Of a stretch of DNA of 45,205 bases, positions 43,480 to 45,205 are shown in pieces. The position numbers were made by a program, and so were the translations under genes. The notes beneath the pieces are model-generated. The model saw nothing but the letters and a program-made list of their open reading frames with translations, did no database searches and was not told the DNA's origin. The DNA is from Dehalococcoidia bacterium (lineage in GTDB: Bacteria; Chloroflexota; Dehalococcoidia; Lucifugimonadales; UBA3495): positions 1 to 45,205 of the forward strand of contig CAVODA010000001.1 in the NCBI GenBank assembly GCA_963694265.1. The letters are read 5' to 3'. The stretch's first letter is position 1; the number at the start of each line of letters is the position of its first letter.

Positions 43480-43607
43480 CTTTTAGCTCCAATTCTTGCA
43501 TGTTTCCCGGACGTTTCTAAATAGTTTCTAGAACGCTCCTAGGATCGTACCAATTATAGACATGCCTTAAAGGGGATTCAACTGAGGCAAACAGGTCTGA
43601 GACCAGG

Positions 43608-44048
43608 TTATGAGTCTGCTGCGTCTGATTTTTCTGCGAACCGCACCAAGAAAGTAGCCTCGCCTAGGGGGATGCCGTCAAAGAGAATGGCGGCAGAATG
43701 AATTCCTGGCTTCTGCACGGGAATCCGGAAAGTCTTAATCCACCGCTGGAATAAGATGCCTTTTTCCCATTCCACTTTCTGGGCTGGGGGTGTTTCCAGA
43801 GGGATGCCAGGCGTCTTCAGAGTCACAAATAGGTAGTGGTCTCCGGGATCAACTCCGCCAATACAGAAGGCCAAGTTGAAATCTACGGTGGCAAGCACCG
43901 GGTCATCCGGGTCAGCAGAGCCGTCTGGTTCGGGCAATTCAAACAGGTCGACAATGCCCTTCAGAGTTAGGTCACCGCCGTCTTCTTCTGCGGTGTCTCT
44001 ACAGAAGAGGGCGTATTTCAAAAAGGGGACGCTGGCTTCACCGGCCAA
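43608..44048 (-). CDS. Hypothetical protein (146 aa), family not recognised
   Basis: The ORF has a TTG start preceded by AGAGG 7 nt upstream. The composition is protein-like (FLKYALFCRDTAEEDGGDLTLKGIVDLFELP...). Confidence 0.5.
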   Translation of the reverse strand: MAGEASVPFLKYALFCRDTAEEDGGDLTLKGIVDLFELPEPDGSADPDDPVLATVDFNLAFCIGGVDPGDHYLFVTLKTPGIPLETPPAQKVEWEKGILFQRWIKTFRIPVQKPGIHSAAILFDGIPLGEATFLVRFAEKSDAADS

Positions 44049-44280
44049 GTTGGAACCTCTCTAATGGTTCGTGGATAGTTAGTGTTGGATTGGTCGTGAT
44101 AAATCGCTGGTGTTTAGTAGTGACCAGCCTCCTGAGGGTACGACAAACGGACGACGAACAGACGACCAATTCTAGCATGGCACCCAGCTACGAAAAACGT
44201 CTAGCCGCAGCAGTTTTGCATAGCCCATTGCCAACTGCGTTCAATATTGAGAAACTAGGCGCTAATATTCAACTCGGGGG

Positions 44281-44934
44281 GTGGCAGTAGTGGCGTTGAC
44301 GCAGGAAACACAGCTAACCCAGGAAAAATTCGACCAGGGGATGACCACCCAGCAGTACATTGACCAGATAAAGGTCAATAAAGACCCGTTTGTGTCTATC
44401 TACGAGGCGGTCCAGGTCCCAGCAGATTCACTAAGCCTGTTTAACGGCCTGAGTGAGCCGCTGAAGCTGGCCGTTTTCACTGCCGATTGGTGCGGTGACG
44501 CCATGAGCACCACTCCCGTGATTCTGAAGCTGGCAGACACCATTCCCAACATTTCATTGCAGGTGTTCAATAGGGACGACGAACTAGAACTGAGCAACAG
44601 TCTTTTGCCTGAGGCCCGCGCCGGTACCGTGCCCATCTTTGTGGTCATGGACCAGGATATGAACCAGAAAGTCCGTTTCATCGAAACCGCGAACACTTTG
44701 GTGCCCGCGATTGATGCCATGGATGAGGCCATCGATCAAGAGACGGCTGGCATGGAAGAAGTTGAAGCAAGGCGGGCCAAACGCGGCCGCCGTAACGCCT
44801 ACCGAGTTGAGCACGCCCGCGCCTGGGGTGATGTCATATTGAAGGAATTTGGCGGTTTGGTCGCCGATTCTTTGGTAGGGAAGCAAGAAGACCTTCCTCT
44901 TCAGGGCGGCACCAAGTGGTCTCCTGAGGACTAG
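44281..44934 (+). CDS. Thioredoxin-fold protein with a single-Cys WCGD motif
   Basis: The sequence EKFDQGMTTQQYIDQIKVNKDPF...LAVFTADWCGDAMSTTPVILKLAD...VFNRDDELE...GTVPIFVVMD matches the pattern of a widespread thioredoxin-family protein. The GTG start is uncertain by a few codons. Confidence 0.7.
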   Translation: MAVVALTQETQLTQEKFDQGMTTQQYIDQIKVNKDPFVSIYEAVQVPADSLSLFNGLSEPLKLAVFTADWCGDAMSTTPVILKLADTIPNISLQVFNRDDELELSNSLLPEARAGTVPIFVVMDQDMNQKVRFIETANTLVPAIDAMDEAIDQETAGMEEVEARRAKRGRRNAYRVEHARAWGDVILKEFGGLVADSLVGKQEDLPLQGGTKWSPED

Positions 44935-44945
44935 TTGCTAGCGCT

Positions 44946-45090
44946 GGAAAACTATTCCGCTAGGCTGATAGCTTCTCTAAAATCTAATCGCCTGGCGACA
45001 ATCATTTTTACCGGAAAACTATTCTGCCAGGCTGACAATTTCGAAAGTATCAGATGGCCCGGCGACAATCATTTTTATCGAAAAACTATT
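44946..45090. repeat. Tandem direct repeat, 67-bp period, 2 full units plus an 11-bp partial third
   Basis: Unit A spans 44946-45010 and unit B spans 45013-45077. They share GGAAAACTATTC(C/T)GC(T/C)AGGCTGA and GGCGACAATCATTTTTA around a variable middle. The third unit restarts with GAAAAACTATT at 45080-45090. The repeat ends 14 nt before the next ATG. Confidence 0.85.
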
Positions 45091-45104
45091 AATAGAGAGG
45101 GGTG

Positions 45105-45205
45105 ATGGCTGAAGAGCTAATTGGTATGGAAGACATGGCGGCTATCTTTGAGGTGACTGACGCCTTGGGGATACACCGCGAGTCGGTACGAGTCGAACTC
45201 ACGAA
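45105..45205 (+). CDS. 5' end of an unidentified protein-coding gene (runs off the window)
   Basis: The ATG at 45105 is preceded by GAGAGGGG. The open frame reads MAEELIGMEDMAAIFEVTDALGIHRESVRVELT.... It is too short to assign. Confidence 0.4.
   Translation, partial: MAEELIGMEDMAAIFEVTDALGIHRESVRVELT

Noticed and set aside
44946-45090. A CRISPR array
   Set aside because: There are only about 2.2 units with a 67-bp period. The conserved and variable parts do not have a repeat-spacer layout, and no cas genes are present. It is better explained as a tandem duplication of a regulatory region.

Overview
This is a gene-dense, moderately GC-rich bacterial chromosomal segment (GC judged by eye, not computed). 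It holds about 45 protein genes and one tRNA. I see no rRNA, CRISPR array, transposase, integrase or phage genes. Catabolic and redox enzymes dominate. In window order they are: a siroheme-branch pair (SirC-like gene plus a fused AhbA/B-type siroheme decarboxylase) with an HTH regulator; Pcm; a CobB-type sirtuin; MscS; tRNA-Ile; a lipoprotein; an acyl-CoA synthetase; HyuA/HyuB-type hydantoinase/oxoprolinase divergent from a three-subunit xanthine-dehydrogenase-family molybdoenzyme; a sulfite-oxidase-family enzyme divergent from a four-domain rhodanese; MBL-fold and MFS genes; DUF2851; a DUF429 gene followed by four tandem small cupin paralogs; a PEP-mutase/isocitrate-lyase-family enzyme; VOC proteins; gamma-glutamyltransferase plus an LmbE-type deacetylase; a LigB-type homolog; a luciferase-like monooxygenase; a HAD-IIB phosphatase; an HpaB-type monooxygenase; a tandem USP; a Zn-ADH; an acyl-CoA-dehydrogenase-fold protein; two tiny desulforedoxin-like ORFs that the ORF track missed; and a WCGD thioredoxin-fold protein. 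The repertoire resembles marine Chloroflexota (SAR202-like) genomes, but that is inference only. The main hunt result is that five otherwise intact genes each carry exactly one in-frame stop (3 TGA, 2 TAG) with no frame change, and two further genes are multiply damaged, although TGA and TAG clearly work as real stops elsewhere in the window. Other results are a four-gene tandem array of an atypical small cupin, two copies of a ~155-bp MITE-like element whose terminal inverted repeats are themselves hairpins, a long REP-like hairpin, a 67-bp tandem repeat in front of the last gene, and a pair of unannotated desulforedoxin-like mini-genes. I found no recognisable defence, toxin-antitoxin or mobile-element system.
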